DNA of 64,000 nucleotides from an uncultured Spirochaetota bacterium (lineage in GTDB: Bacteria; Spirochaetota; Brevinematia; Brevinematales; JAOACQ01): the NCBI GenBank assembly GCA_963783575.1, contig CAWAOD010000011.1, positions 96,001 through 160,000 of the forward strand, written 5' to 3'. Below the pieces are notes generated by a model, which saw only the letters and a list, made by a program, of their open reading frames with translations, searched no databases and was not told the origin of the DNA. Both the position numbers and the translations under genes were made by a program. This document shows, piece by piece, positions 1-10,880 of this stretch; the stretch's first letter is position 1; every line of letters starts with the position of its first letter.

Positions 1-953
1 CAGTCGAGCTTCGCAGTGTCGAAAATTGCGGGGCTGGGCGAAAGGCGGCCGATGTCAAATAGCTTTATCAGTTCTTCACGGGTTAGAATTTCCCTGCCGT
101 CGGGGCTTGACCATCCGAGGAGAGAAAGGTAATTGACAAGCGCATCCGGCAGATAACCAAGGTTCCTGAATTCATCCACGCTGGTAGCGCCATGCCTTTT
201 CGACAGTTTCTGCCTGTCGGTACCAAGGACAAGCGCCATATGAGCGAATTCCGGGACCGAAAAACCGTGAGCCCTGTAGATCATAAGCTGTCTTACTGTA
301 TTTGACAGATGCTCATCGGCCCTGAGGACATGTGTAATCTGCATCAAAGCGTCGTCGACTACAACTGCATAGTTGTAAACCGGTACACCGTTCGCCCTGA
401 TGATTACAAAATCCCCTACCATTCCTTTCGGGAAAACTATATTTCCCTTGACCCTGTCGATAAAACTGAAATCTTCCTCATAAGCCATAAATCTAATGAC
501 AGGTTTCCGCCCTTCGGATTCATACTGATGTTTCTCAGATTCGGTCAGGCGCCTGCAGTGACCGTCATAATAGGGCGGCAGGCCGAGTTCTATCTGCTTT
601 GCTTTTCTTTGCTCGACTTCTTCCGGCGTGCAGTAGCAGTGGTATGCCCTGCCTTCGCCGATCAGTTTGTTTCCGAATTCTTTGTAAATTTCGAGCCTTT
701 CGCTTTGAAGATAAGGTTCCGAAGGACCGCCTTTATTCGGGCCTTCATCCCACTCAAGGCCAAGCCAGCGAAGATCTTCCATCAAATGATCAGTGAAAAC
801 TGAATTTGACCGCTCTAAATCCGTATCTTCTATCCTTAAAACAAACCTGCCGTTCATATGTCTGGCATAAAGATAAGCGAATAAGGCGGTTCTGACATTT
901 CCAACATGAAGCTTCCCGGTTGGGGAAGGCGCGAATCTTGTCCTGATCATCAT
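1..953 (-). CDS. gltX: Glutamate--tRNA ligase (5' part; runs off window start)
   Basis: Not in the ORF track. Manual translation from ATG 953/950 gives MMIRTRFAPSPTGKLHVGNVRTAL...FVLRIEDTD (HIGH-like motif); KLSKR near 195-210; AAGGAG RBS at 958-963. Confidence 0.95.
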   Translation of the reverse strand, partial: MMIRTRFAPSPTGKLHVGNVRTALFAYLYARHMNGRFVLRIEDTDLERSNSVFTDHLMEDLRWLGLEWDEGPNKGGPSEPYLQSERLEIYKEFGNKLIGEGRAYHCYCTPEEVEQRKAKQIELGLPPYYDGHCRRLTESEKHQYESEGRKPVIRFMAYEEDFSFIDRVKGNIVFPKGMVGDFVIIRANGVPVYNYAVVVDDALMQITHVLRADEHLSNTVRQLMIYRAHGFSVPEFAHMALVLGTDRQKLSKRHGATSVDEFRNLGYLPDALVNYLSLLGWSSPDGREILTREELIKLFDIGRLSPSPAIFDTAKLD

Positions 954-1190
954 AAATCTCCTTCAAGCGTACTGCTTGATCGTTGGGTTATAATTGAATA
1001 TTGTTAAATTATTGATGAAGTTTTTGTTCTTCTTTCATATGCGCTTACAAAAACTTCATGGGCAGTTCCATTGGATAAAAAGTGTAGTTTAAAGAAGATT
1101 TTAGAACTACCCATATCATATTGATCAATATTAAGCCGCAAATATTTTAAAGTAAAACGTGATTTTATTCAAGGCGGATAAAATAATATA

Positions 1191-2645
1191 TCAATTATCT
1201 TTAACCGGACGATATGAGTCAAAAGGCGGCCATTCGGCGGCAGGTTCTATGATAATATTTCTGCCTCCGTCCTTTTTTACCTTGGAAAGGTTTTTGTCAG
1301 CTTGTTTAATCAATAATTGTCCCATTTCCTCAAAGTAATCTTCAGGTACCGGGCGGGGAATATCAGAAGATTCAAATTTGATATTTCTTGTAATTACTCC
1401 GCCGATGCTGACTTTTATTTGAAAATCGCATTTTTCGCCAGTTATTGTGATTTTATTCAGAAAATCAAATATCCTGCCGGATACCGCATCTATTCCTTCC
1501 GATGTTGACGGCGATAGAATGAGAACAAATTCGTCCCCCCCATACCGGCAGACAAAATCCGTTGACCTGACCGCCTGCCTCAATATTTTACCCAGAGCCG
1601 CAAGCGCCTGGTCGCCTGCTGTGTGGCCCTCCGTATCATTTATCGATTTCAGGCCGTCAAGATCGACAATCAGAAATGCAATTTGATATCTTGACCGGAA
1701 AGCCGATCTCAATTCCCGCTTAAACCATTGATTGAATACTCTGCGGACATAAACCCCTGTCAACGGATCAAGAGTGGCCATTTCGTATAATCGGCTGTTC
1801 TGTATAGCCATGGCAGCCTGATTTGCAAATATCTTAATAAGGTTAATCTCCGGTTCATTTTCCACGGAATGATCGAGATATATTATTCCAAGTACCTGAT
1901 TCCCAACTATTAAAGGAAATATTATAGAATTATCGCTTATTTCCGTCTGTTTTTTCCCGATTACCTCATAAATCTTTTTTAAATTCAATTCCGGTGCAAT
2001 GGTTTCAATATATTCGCTTGATTTAGCATGGTCGTTAAAGCGTCCCGTGGCTGCCCTGACGACCAGCCTTTCTTCTTCTTCCAAAATCGCCAGAAAAGCA
2101 TCTGCCTGGATCCCCAATAATCCTGAGATTTCTATCAAAACCTCCTGGAGGAGATCTGTAAGCGGCTGGATTTTATACATATCAGGCGCGATATTAAGGA
2201 TATAATTCAAGCCAAGGCGGTTTTTATTCAGCAATTGCACTGTATTGGCAACCTTAAGCCCCACATCGACCCACATCAGCATTTTCATCGGACCGTCGGA
2301 TTTATCATGGTATCCCTGAATGTCAAGGCGCTTGAGCATATCTCTCGGCGGATAATCCCCCGAGTATCCGGTCTGCAGAATAACCTGTATTAATGGATTA
2401 AATTTACGAAGTTCTTTAACCACTTCCTCTCCGGTCATATTTCCCGGCATATAATAATCAAGCAAAAGAAGATCAATATTACCTTTACGAAGTATTTCCA
2501 GGCCTTCCTTTCCGTTTAGCGCCGTCATTACTTCATGGCCTTCATGTTCAAGAAGCGCGGCGGTAGTCATTAAATAATCATTCTGATCATCGATTATCAG
2601 AACCTTTTTCCCACTTTTGAGTCTTGTTTCAGCCAGCCTTGACAT
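1191..2645 (-). CDS. Response regulator-GAF-GGDEF diguanylate cyclase
   Basis: N-terminal receiver (IIDD, LLDYYMP), GAF-like middle, C-terminal RSTD...RYGGDEF with RxxD I-site. Confidence 0.9.
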   Translation of the reverse strand: MSRLAETRLKSGKKVLIIDDQNDYLMTTAALLEHEGHEVMTALNGKEGLEILRKGNIDLLLLDYYMPGNMTGEEVVKELRKFNPLIQVILQTGYSGDYPPRDMLKRLDIQGYHDKSDGPMKMLMWVDVGLKVANTVQLLNKNRLGLNYILNIAPDMYKIQPLTDLLQEVLIEISGLLGIQADAFLAILEEEERLVVRAATGRFNDHAKSSEYIETIAPELNLKKIYEVIGKKQTEISDNSIIFPLIVGNQVLGIIYLDHSVENEPEINLIKIFANQAAMAIQNSRLYEMATLDPLTGVYVRRVFNQWFKRELRSAFRSRYQIAFLIVDLDGLKSINDTEGHTAGDQALAALGKILRQAVRSTDFVCRYGGDEFVLILSPSTSEGIDAVSGRIFDFLNKITITGEKCDFQIKVSIGGVITRNIKFESSDIPRPVPEDYFEEMGQLLIKQADKNLSKVKKDGGRNIIIEPAAEWPPFDSYRPVKDN

Positions 2646-2959
2646 ATAATAGTACCCCCCGAATTTGTCCGAAACTGTAATAAGTTTAATTTCCTCCTGT
2701 ATAAATCACTTGGGCAATCATTTATCAAATAAATAGATTTTTTTCAGTTATACAATAGTGTAAAAAAAATAAATAATTTTGTCTAATAATTTATAATAAA
2801 TTAATTTTTCGCAGGCGATATTCCACCGGCAGTATATATTACAATTAAAAATTGTAGAAAAACCGGATTTAAATTAAAATATTAGGTTAAAAATTATTCA
2901 TATGCAATTTCTTATTTATATACATTTCAGGCAGAAATTTATCAATCGGGAGTTTAGAG

Positions 2960-4696
2960 ATGGGTGATTATGAGAAAAACAAGAATAATAATACTAAAAA
3001 CTTAACTCCGGTGGGAAGTGTTGACAACCCTGCCGGCATCAATTTTATTCAGGCTGCCGTAAATGAGGATATTAAAAGTAACAGGTTCAGCGGCATAGTG
3101 CATACCCGCTTTCCTCCGGAACCCAACGGTTACCTCCATATCGGGCATGCAAAAGCAATGACGATTGATTTCGCTGTTGCGAAGGAATATAACGGTAAAT
3201 GCAATCTTCGCTTTGATGATACAAATCCCGCAAAGGAAGAGGATGAATATGTAAATGCCATTATCAGTGATGTGAAATGGCTTGGTTTTGATTTCGGCGA
3301 TAAAGTCTTTTATGCCTCCGATTATTTTGAACAAACATACCAATATGCGGTGGATTTGATAAAAAAAGGGAAGGCTTATGTCGATGACCTGACTGCGGAT
3401 GAAATAAGGCAGTACAGGGGTACATTGACCGTACCCGGGAAAAACAGTCCTTATCGTGATAGAAGCGTTGAGGAAAACATAGATATTTTCACCCGGATGC
3501 GGAATGGTGATTATCCTGACGGTTCAAAAGTTCTAAGGGCAAAGATTGATATGGCTTCACCGAATATGAACCTGCGCGATCCTGTAATGTACCGCATTCT
3601 TCACACGCCGCACCACAGGACCGGGGATAATTGGTGCATTTACCCTATGTATGACTGGGCGCATGGGCTTGAAGACTCCATTGAGGGAATTACTCATTCA
3701 CTCTGCTCGCTTGAATATGAAATACACCGTCCTCTGTATGACTGGTTTCTTGATGAGCTTGGAATTTACCATCCCCGGCAGATAGAGTTTGCAAGGCTGA
3801 ATCTCAGTTATACGGTTATGAGCAAAAGAAAGCTTCTGGAACTGGTAAAGGCTGGTATTGTTTCAGGATGGGATGATCCGAGAATGCCGACTCTTTCGGG
3901 GTTAAGGCGACGGGGTTATACGCCGGAGTCGATAAAGGCCTTTTGCGCGCGTATCGGCGTTGCAAAAGCCGATAGTATTGTCGATATAGCGCTTTTGGAA
4001 CATTGCCTCCGCGAGGATCTTAACAAAAATGCCTCCAGGGCGATGGTTGTTTTAAATCCGCTGAAAGTTGTCATAGTGAATTATCCGAAAGGAAAAACGG
4101 AAGAAATGGAAGCCGATAATAATCCTGAAAATCCTGAAGCGGGGAAAAGGAAAATTCCTTTCTCTGGAGAAATATATATTGAAAAGGAAGATTTCAGGGA
4201 GAACCCGCCGAAGGATTTCTTCCGCCTTGCCCCGGGACGGGAAATCAGGCTCAAACATGCTTATTATATAAAATGTGTTGATGTTATAAAAAATTCCGGC
4301 GGAGAAATAACAGAATTGCATTGCACTTACGATCCGGAATCAAGGGGAGGCTGGACAAACGACGGACGTAAAGTGATGGGTACGTCGCATTGGGTATCGA
4401 TCGCGGATGCTGTTGATATCGAAGTCAGGCTGTATGAAAGGCTCTTTACAAAAGAAAATCCTGACGATGTAGAAGAAGGGCATGATTATAAGGAATATAT
4501 AAATCCCGCTTCATTAAGCCGCTTAACCGGATGCAAAGCGGAACCCGGCCTGGCCAATTCTAAACCCGGCGATATTTTTCAATTCTTAAGACAGGGCTAT
4601 TTCTGTGCCGACCCCGATTCCGGAGAGAATGGGCCAGTATTTAACCGCACAGCCGGGTTAGCGGACTCGTGGGCAAAAAAAGAAAAGAAAAAGTAA
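2960..4696 (+). CDS. glnS: Glutamine--tRNA ligase
   Basis: [50 protein letters not shown]. Confidence 0.97.
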   Translation: MGDYEKNKNNNTKNLTPVGSVDNPAGINFIQAAVNEDIKSNRFSGIVHTRFPPEPNGYLHIGHAKAMTIDFAVAKEYNGKCNLRFDDTNPAKEEDEYVNAIISDVKWLGFDFGDKVFYASDYFEQTYQYAVDLIKKGKAYVDDLTADEIRQYRGTLTVPGKNSPYRDRSVEENIDIFTRMRNGDYPDGSKVLRAKIDMASPNMNLRDPVMYRILHTPHHRTGDNWCIYPMYDWAHGLEDSIEGITHSLCSLEYEIHRPLYDWFLDELGIYHPRQIEFARLNLSYTVMSKRKLLELVKAGIVSGWDDPRMPTLSGLRRRGYTPESIKAFCARIGVAKADSIVDIALLEHCLREDLNKNASRAMVVLNPLKVVIVNYPKGKTEEMEADNNPENPEAGKRKIPFSGEIYIEKEDFRENPPKDFFRLAPGREIRLKHAYYIKCVDVIKNSGGEITELHCTYDPESRGGWTNDGRKVMGTSHWVSIADAVDIEVRLYERLFTKENPDDVEEGHDYKEYINPASLSRLTGCKAEPGLANSKPGDIFQFLRQGYFCADPDSGENGPVFNRTAGLADSWAKKEKKK

Positions 4697-5482
4697 TTAT
4701 TTTGATGCTTCAACAACAAGCCTTTTCATGGGAATTCGGCAAATACCGTGTTCATCAAGCTGATATTTTCGAAGGTAGTTTTCAGCTATTTCATCGATAA
4801 ATTCGGATTTTCTATCTTCGGGAATTTTTGCAGTATAAGGAGAAAAAGCCAGTCTTATCCAGTTTTTCAGCCCGCCTGGCCCATTAATTATGTTTTCTTT
4901 ATTGATCAAATTTACGCTAATCTTATTGTATCCAGCTTCTTTCAGCCACTCTGAATATTCCACGGTATCATAATAACCGTACTTAAATATATATCCTTTT
5001 AATAAAGGTTCCCATTTATCGTTTTGCACCGTTTTTTCGACAAGCTTAACAAGGTCTTCCTGGTTGCCTTTACCTCCCATCTGAAAAATTATCTTCCCAT
5101 CCGGTTTTAAACTTCTATAAATCAGCTTCAGGATCGGTTTATGATCCGTCAGCCAGTGGAGAGTTGCGTTGGAAAAGACAATATCGAACCTGTTTATAAA
5201 ATCAAGTTCCCTGACATCCAGTTGTATAAATTCAAGATTGGGAAATTCCCTGCCGCCGAATTTATCCTTCGAAAAAGAAATCATTTCCATTGAAGAGTCG
5301 ATCCCGGTAACTTTTCCTTTCGGCAGAAGCTTTGAAATTGCGGCGGTAATTCTTCCATCCCCGCTGCCGATATCAAGAATACATTCACTGCCGTTAACAA
5401 TAAATTTTTGGAGCATCTCCATTGCCCAAATTTCAATTTGTGAGGAATTTTTGCTGTATTCCTCAGGATTCCATTTTATCAT
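4697..5482 (-). CDS. Class I SAM-dependent methyltransferase (Tam-like)
   Basis: ILDIGSGDG motif I, GIDSS, FDIVFSNATLHW. Confidence 0.85.
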   Translation of the reverse strand: MIKWNPEEYSKNSSQIEIWAMEMLQKFIVNGSECILDIGSGDGRITAAISKLLPKGKVTGIDSSMEMISFSKDKFGGREFPNLEFIQLDVRELDFINRFDIVFSNATLHWLTDHKPILKLIYRSLKPDGKIIFQMGGKGNQEDLVKLVEKTVQNDKWEPLLKGYIFKYGYYDTVEYSEWLKEAGYNKISVNLINKENIINGPGGLKNWIRLAFSPYTAKIPEDRKSEFIDEIAENYLRKYQLDEHGICRIPMKRLVVEASK

Positions 5483-5586
5483 AAATTTATCCTTCCGGAA
5501 ACGCTTTTCCGGATTATATTAAAAAGGATTGCCATAGGAAATTTAATTAAAATGAATGATTGGTCTTTAGGTATGCCGGGAAAAAT

Positions 5587-5657
5587 AGCGGCCAGCGGGA
5601 ATCGAACCCGCGCCATTAGCTTGGAAGGCTAAGATACTACCACTGTATGATGGCCGC
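5587..5657 (-). tRNA. tRNA-Gly (anticodon TCC), CCA not encoded
   Basis: Reverse complement GCGGCCATCATACAGTGGTAGTATCTTAGCCTTCCAAGCTAATGGCGCGGGTTCGATTCCCGCTGGCCGCT: acceptor stem GCGGCCA/TGGCCGC, anticodon stem TTAGC/GCTAA, GGTTCGATTCC T-arm. Confidence 0.95.
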
Positions 5658-5701
5658 GTCAGGGAATAATTATAAAAAAAGATAGTCGATTTGTCAATTT
5701 A

Positions 5702-6127
5702 TTAAAATAAAATTATTCTAAATAAAAACAGATGAAGCAGTCCCGATAAAATTGTGATTATCCCGGCAATACCTTTGAACTTATCAATAAAGGCATAATA
5801 CTTATCCTTACTTTCCTTTGGTATGTTTAACAATTCCATAATATTCGGATAAATGATCGTACTGTCGAGAATCAGCAAAACGGAAGGAATCAACGCTCCT
5901 ATTATTGTTGGGGAATACATTGCCCCAAAATCCGGTGCGAAGAAATTCCAGAGTCCTATAACAATGCCCCCAAGTGAAAGAATAACCTTAGCCGCTGTAT
6001 TTTCAGATATTTTATCAATACTTGCAAAAAAATTTTTCCCTTGCGGAAAAGTTTTGGAAAAGAACTCGGTTGAAAGAATAAAACCGTAAAACAGGATTAT
6101 TATAGAAAATAATATAACACCAAACAT
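5702..6127 (-). CDS. Hypothetical membrane protein (about 4 TM)
   Basis: 141-aa hydrophobic ORF with GGAGG RBS upstream. Confidence 0.7.
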   Translation of the reverse strand: MFGVILFSIIILFYGFILSTEFFSKTFPQGKNFFASIDKISENTAAKVILSLGGIVIGLWNFFAPDFGAMYSPTIIGALIPSVLLILDSTIIYPNIMELLNIPKESKDKYYAFIDKFKGIAGIITILSGLLHLFLFRIILF

Positions 6128-6257
6128 AAATTCCTCCCATTTTTATTTATTTAAAAATCAAATAGAAAAAGTATTGTTTTTATCTTTAATTTTATACTAA
6201 AATTAATTATGTATTAAAATAATATGAAGTTATTATAATTATACAGGTAGGAGCCGG

Positions 6258-7196
6258 TTATTTCAAATTTATTGAAAATGTCTTGGTAATTTCATCTGTT
6301 TTATAATCATTGACTGGCTCAACCCTTATTTTCTTCAATTCTGAAAAAAAGATGCGGTCGATATCAGGATCGCCTGAAGATCTTATAATATCAACACGTA
6401 TTGCTAGCCCATTATTATCAAATACCATTCTCGCAGTAATGGAATAACTCATCCCCTTTTTTTTATACTCATCCGGTATTTTTGATTGAATATCTGGGAA
6501 AAATACTGTCTTTCTGGGCTTAAGGCTCCATTTTGCGCCTCCTAACGGATCGTTAGAACCGTATGGATTGCTTCCATATCCGGTGCCGAATCCGCCTTGA
6601 CCTGTTCCGCTGCCTGCCGTATAACCGGCTTGCTGATCCGATTGAACTGTGTTTTCCTCAAGAACCTTATCGATATTTCCGGAGATAGCACTTAATTCTT
6701 TGTTTATTTTGCTGTTTTCCGGGGAAGGTTTCTCTTCCTGCGCAGGCGCGGTAACGCCTTCTTCAATTATTGATTTTACCAGGCTGTGATCAGGAGTTAA
6801 AATTTTATCTTCCCGGATAACAGGTTGTTTGATTAGGTCTTTTGCCAATTCGCTTTTTTGATTTTTCTCATTAAAATCCTGCTTTAAAGTTTCCTTAAGA
6901 TGAGTTAAATTATTAACGGTATTTTTTTGAGGATTGATTTTTTCCGGCACCGCATTTTTTTCAATTGCAGCCGTGACTCTTGAAGTCATATGCGGAGACA
7001 TTTTCTTTACAGGGGTGTATAATTGATCTCCAACTCCGGCAGAAAGGCTGACCGTATCGGATTGAAATTCAACAGACATCGGCTGAGCGGTTGAAGTCAA
7101 AGGATTTGTTGTGATCCATATACCGAAAACAATAAAAACAGTAAGATGTATTAATACGGCAATTAAAAAACTTTTACCCATCCCGATATTTTCCAT
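6258..7196 (-). CDS. TonB/TolA-family energy transducer
   Basis: N-terminal TM with His (AVLIHL), low-complexity linker, TonB_C-like end (IIRSSGDPDID); directly downstream of exbD. Confidence 0.75.
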   Translation of the reverse strand: MENIGMGKSFLIAVLIHLTVFIVFGIWITTNPLTSTAQPMSVEFQSDTVSLSAGVGDQLYTPVKKMSPHMTSRVTAAIEKNAVPEKINPQKNTVNNLTHLKETLKQDFNEKNQKSELAKDLIKQPVIREDKILTPDHSLVKSIIEEGVTAPAQEEKPSPENSKINKELSAISGNIDKVLEENTVQSDQQAGYTAGSGTGQGGFGTGYGSNPYGSNDPLGGAKWSLKPRKTVFFPDIQSKIPDEYKKKGMSYSITARMVFDNNGLAIRVDIIRSSGDPDIDRIFFSELKKIRVEPVNDYKTDEITKTFSINLK

Positions 7197-7214
7197 ATTA
7201 CTATACCCGATTGA

Positions 7215-7616
7215 TTATTTTTCTTCAACAGTGGCAAGGCTAAGCTTCTTAACACCTGTCAGGCGTACTATATCCATTGTTTCTATAAGTTTGCCGTATG
7301 GTACTCCTTTATCGCCCTGGATCGTAACAACAATTGAATTATCTTTGATGTAATAATCTTTAATTTTAATGCCTAGATTATCTGCTGTCACAGGTTCCGA
7401 ATTTATGGCGGTTTCTCCATTCTTGTATAAAGTAATGGTTACTTCGCGTACCGGCTGGATATCGGATGTTTTACTTGCAGGCAGGTCTACATTAATGGCC
7501 GAAGCTCTTATGAATGTGGATGTAAGCATAAAAAATGTCAAAAGCTGGAGCACAACATCGGTAATTGGAGTCATATCTATTCCCGGCGGTTTTTTTTCAA
7601 ATCTTTTTAATCTCAT
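7215..7616 (-). CDS. exbD: Biopolymer transport protein ExbD/TolR
   Basis: IDMTPITDVVLQLLTFFML, VDLP, IQGDKGVPYG. Confidence 0.9.
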   Translation of the reverse strand: MRLKRFEKKPPGIDMTPITDVVLQLLTFFMLTSTFIRASAINVDLPASKTSDIQPVREVTITLYKNGETAINSEPVTADNLGIKIKDYYIKDNSIVVTIQGDKGVPYGKLIETMDIVRLTGVKKLSLATVEEK

Positions 7617-7665
7617 TGCGCCCCTCCTTTTTCAAAGAATTATCGATGTGAAGATATTAACCCTG

Positions 7666-7729
7666 AATTTTAACAAGCGTGACGCTTGACCCTGTTTAGA
7701 TTCCTTACGCAACAAAGTTGCGTATAGCT
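7666..7729. repeat. Dispersed palindromic repeat, copy A
   Basis: 33-bp core TAGATTCCTTACGCAACAAAGTTGCGTATAGCT (7697-7729) identical to 16669-16701 and 26078-26110. Confidence 0.9.
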
Positions 7730-7824
7730 TTGCTTCGATTCCTTTAGAGTTCTTATGTTATACCTCTCAGCTTGTGCGGGGTTGTTTATTGAGAAGCTTC
7801 GTTTCGGCATTAATTCGAACCGGA

Positions 7825-8484
7825 TTAATTAAGGTTTATGGAAAAAGAAGGATTGTACAGATAAGCGCCACGATAGCTTCCATCTGAATTAGTAACTATT
7901 TCAACAATGTCCGAACTGTTAAATTTTAGTGTAAGGGTGTAACTTGTCCCGCCGAAGACAGAATAAGAATTCGCGCCTAAAGTTGTATACCAGGTATTAT
8001 TTGTATAATTGCGCTCGTTGTTTGTGATTTTACTCAGCATACTGGCGGTTGCGGCAAGGCAATAAATGTTCTGCCCGGTTATATTTGTGTAAGCGAGAGT
8101 ATATGGTGTACCGTTATAACTTCCGCTCACGGACCAGCCTTCGTCAAAACCGAAAAGGAAAGCCGTATATTCATCGGCGGGGACAGAAACTCCGGAAAAT
8201 AAAGTTGGAGAACCGGTAATATCCTGAGGTGTTCCGCCGAAAGAATTATCTTCTAGGCTAACCCAGCTTGAAAGATCGCTTCTGATTTGAACGGTCCTGA
8301 TATTTATATTGAAGCTCGCCGGCGAAGTTAAAAACCCGCCATGCGTAGGTGTTATTCCCGTGCTTCCGGTATTAGCCGCGGCTACAAAACTAAAAATCCC
8401 TTGCGAAGTATTGTTGTTTGATGAGGTGCAGGAAGAAAGTATGATTAAAGATATTGATAAAACTAAATATTTAAAGTATTTCAT
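7825..8484 (-). CDS. Hypothetical lipoprotein
   Basis: Signal peptide with lipobox ILSS-C; Ser/Thr/Asn-rich mature part. Confidence 0.75.
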   Translation of the reverse strand: MKYFKYLVLSISLIILSSCTSSNNNTSQGIFSFVAAANTGSTGITPTHGGFLTSPASFNINIRTVQIRSDLSSWVSLEDNSFGGTPQDITGSPTLFSGVSVPADEYTAFLFGFDEGWSVSGSYNGTPYTLAYTNITGQNIYCLAATASMLSKITNNERNYTNNTWYTTLGANSYSVFGGTSYTLTLKFNSSDIVEIVTNSDGSYRGAYLYNPSFSINLN

Positions 8485-8521
8485 TTGCTACTCCTTAAAT
8501 CTTAACTTGCAAATAAATGTT

Positions 8522-9325
8522 TTATGGATTTAAAACAAATAAAAACATCCTTAGAATTTCCATATAATCTGCTGACTCAAAAATTGTACTTTCATTGCCG
8601 GCCTTCTTCATACCCGGATAAAATGAGGCTTTATAAGCCATTATATGGTTTTTAAAAATCATTTCCACCTGAAAATTTTCAGGAAGCGGTATTTTATATA
8701 TTTCGGGATTTTTTTTTAAAGCGGATTTTACACCCTCCCTAATCTTTTTAACGGATGCCGAAGGATGGATGCCGATGACAGAACCGCCTATACCCTGATT
8801 TACTGCGGCAGTTTTTATATTTTTATTCAATTCCAGGGCTTCATCGCAAGCCCCCTGGTCGCCGCTGACAAAGAAAACCGGTACTCCGGCCATTGACGCC
8901 GCATATGCGTTTATCATGCATTCCCCGGCAACCTCGCCGTTTATTTTTATCATAGCCAGTTCTTTTGAATAAGTATGGGAAATCGGACTGCATATTGAAC
9001 CGGCAGCTGAATGATAGCCTATAAAAATTACAGCGTAAAATGATCTGTTCAATTCCTGCAACATTGATAAAGGATGTCCGCTCCAACCGCGAATAAGCTT
9101 TGTATTTTTTGGGAGGTTCGCCGCTATTAAATTTCTTCCGCTCTCATGCGCGTCTTTAATCCAGATCTCTTCAGCTCCTGCACTATTTGCACCCTCGCAT
9201 GCAGCATTAACCTCCCGGGTCATCTGTTCGGCAAACCCGGCAAAATCAGGCATGCTTTTATCGGTTTCATCCCAGTGAGCAATGCCGGCTACTCCTTCAA
9301 TATCTGCACTTATATAAATATTCAT
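8522..9325 (-). CDS. dppA: D-aminopeptidase, peptidase family M55 (DppA-like)
   Basis: IYISADIEG, DAHESG, FIGYHS, SHT, VSGD. Confidence 0.9.
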   Translation of the reverse strand: MNIYISADIEGVAGIAHWDETDKSMPDFAGFAEQMTREVNAACEGANSAGAEEIWIKDAHESGRNLIAANLPKNTKLIRGWSGHPLSMLQELNRSFYAVIFIGYHSAAGSICSPISHTYSKELAMIKINGEVAGECMINAYAASMAGVPVFFVSGDQGACDEALELNKNIKTAAVNQGIGGSVIGIHPSASVKKIREGVKSALKKNPEIYKIPLPENFQVEMIFKNHIMAYKASFYPGMKKAGNESTIFESADYMEILRMFLFVLNP

Positions 9326-9428
9326 AATTTCTCTACATATAATATAACATACTTCATTTATATTTTCAACAAGTGATATATGGGGACCCTAAATTGAAGG
9401 ATTCTTAATGTAGATTTCTGTCATAAAA

Positions 9429-10712
9429 TTACTGCAATATTACCCTGTTACGGCCGCCCTCTTTCGCGTAATGAAGAGCTGTATCGGCTCTCTTTAAAAA
9501 ATCTTCAATGGTATCATCAAGATCTGGTTCTTTTGTAAAAAATCCGACAATATCAGTTAAATGGTCTTTTGAAGGCTTATCCTGGAACGTAGATACTCCG
9601 AAACTGCAGGTTACCTTCTCAACCTGAGGAAAATTAAATTCCTGTACGGCTACCCGGATTCTTTCGCTTAAATCGGCGGCTTCATTTTTACTGGTGCTGG
9701 GGGTTAATATCATAAACTCCTCTCCGCCCCACCGGGCGAAAAAATCGGTGTTTCTGATAAGTTTTTTAACAAGCTGCGCAATATTTGCTAATATTATGTT
9801 CCCGGCATCATGCCCGCATGTTTCATTTATTGTCTTAAAGTTATCGATATCAAACATTACAAGCGAAAGCGTGTTTCCATATCGTTTCACACGGGAAACT
9901 TCATAATCAACAATTTCATTGAATTTTTTTCTGTTAAAAATCTTGGTCAATGAATCGATAAAGTTAAGAAGATTAACTTCTTCTATTTTTCCCTTGAGTA
10001 AATGAGTAAGTATTAGATAAAAAATTACAATCAGGATTCCGGCCGTTATCGAACCATATAGAATCTGATTTGTGTATTTAATCGATTCATAATAAGTTTT
10101 AAGAATATCTTTTTCAGGGAATAAAATGCTGACTGCACCCAATAATGTCTTTGTTTCCGTATCTTTTACCTTGACAGCTACCGGATAGGAATATTCATAA
10201 TATACTTCATTAGCGCTTTGTATGGTTCTTTTACTGAAATCTTTTATATTCAATAAATAATTAAGCTTATCGGCGGGTATAATATTATCAAGGTCTTTAT
10301 AATCAAGCGAGCCGATTATCCAGCCGAATTTTATATCTTTTGAGGAAGCTTCGTCCTTTCTGTATTCTATGACCTGCGCCGAGGATATGCCATTAATATT
10401 CATTAATTTTAAATTATTTAAATAATCATTTATCTTGTCCCGCTTATTTTCTGTTATCCCTTCTACAGAAATACTGCTCAAGCCGAGTGCAGCAGCTTTG
10501 CAGGCATCATCTGTTTTTTGTATCAGTGCTATTCTTTCTTTTATAGGTAAAACAACGCTTAGCAGAATTATTATTGTAATAATTGCAACTGACATAATTA
10601 TAACTAAAACAGGGCTGACCTGTATCAGCAGATTAATTAAATTCTTGGAAATACCGGGCTTTTCTATCCTAGCCAGTTCATCAAGACTCAGTTTATAATT
10701 TTGTTCCTGCAT
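9429..10712 (-). CDS. Membrane-anchored diguanylate cyclase with extracytoplasmic sensor
   Basis: Two TMs flanking a soluble domain; RNTD...RWGGEEF. Confidence 0.88.
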   Translation of the reverse strand: MQEQNYKLSLDELARIEKPGISKNLINLLIQVSPVLVIIMSVAIITIIILLSVVLPIKERIALIQKTDDACKAAALGLSSISVEGITENKRDKINDYLNNLKLMNINGISSAQVIEYRKDEASSKDIKFGWIIGSLDYKDLDNIIPADKLNYLLNIKDFSKRTIQSANEVYYEYSYPVAVKVKDTETKTLLGAVSILFPEKDILKTYYESIKYTNQILYGSITAGILIVIFYLILTHLLKGKIEEVNLLNFIDSLTKIFNRKKFNEIVDYEVSRVKRYGNTLSLVMFDIDNFKTINETCGHDAGNIILANIAQLVKKLIRNTDFFARWGGEEFMILTPSTSKNEAADLSERIRVAVQEFNFPQVEKVTCSFGVSTFQDKPSKDHLTDIVGFFTKEPDLDDTIEDFLKRADTALHYAKEGGRNRVILQ

Positions 10713-10880
10713 ATAAACCTCCGCTATGTTTAATATTAATGCAATGAAAATTATATGTCAATCAATTCAGCATAGTCTTGCAAAATACCGGGCAACTTGT
10801 TAAAATCAGTGTTGTCACTAATTATTATCGGTCATTAACTGATAATTGGCATATACAAAACAAATATTTACGGAGGATTT

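Noticed and set aside
309..803. Plus-strand 164-aa ORF (and 599-796)
   Set aside because: Antisense shadow of gltX, which occupies the minus strand.
5587..5657. tRNA-Gly as an integration site for an island
   Set aside because: No integrase in the window, and I saw no duplicated tRNA 3' end.
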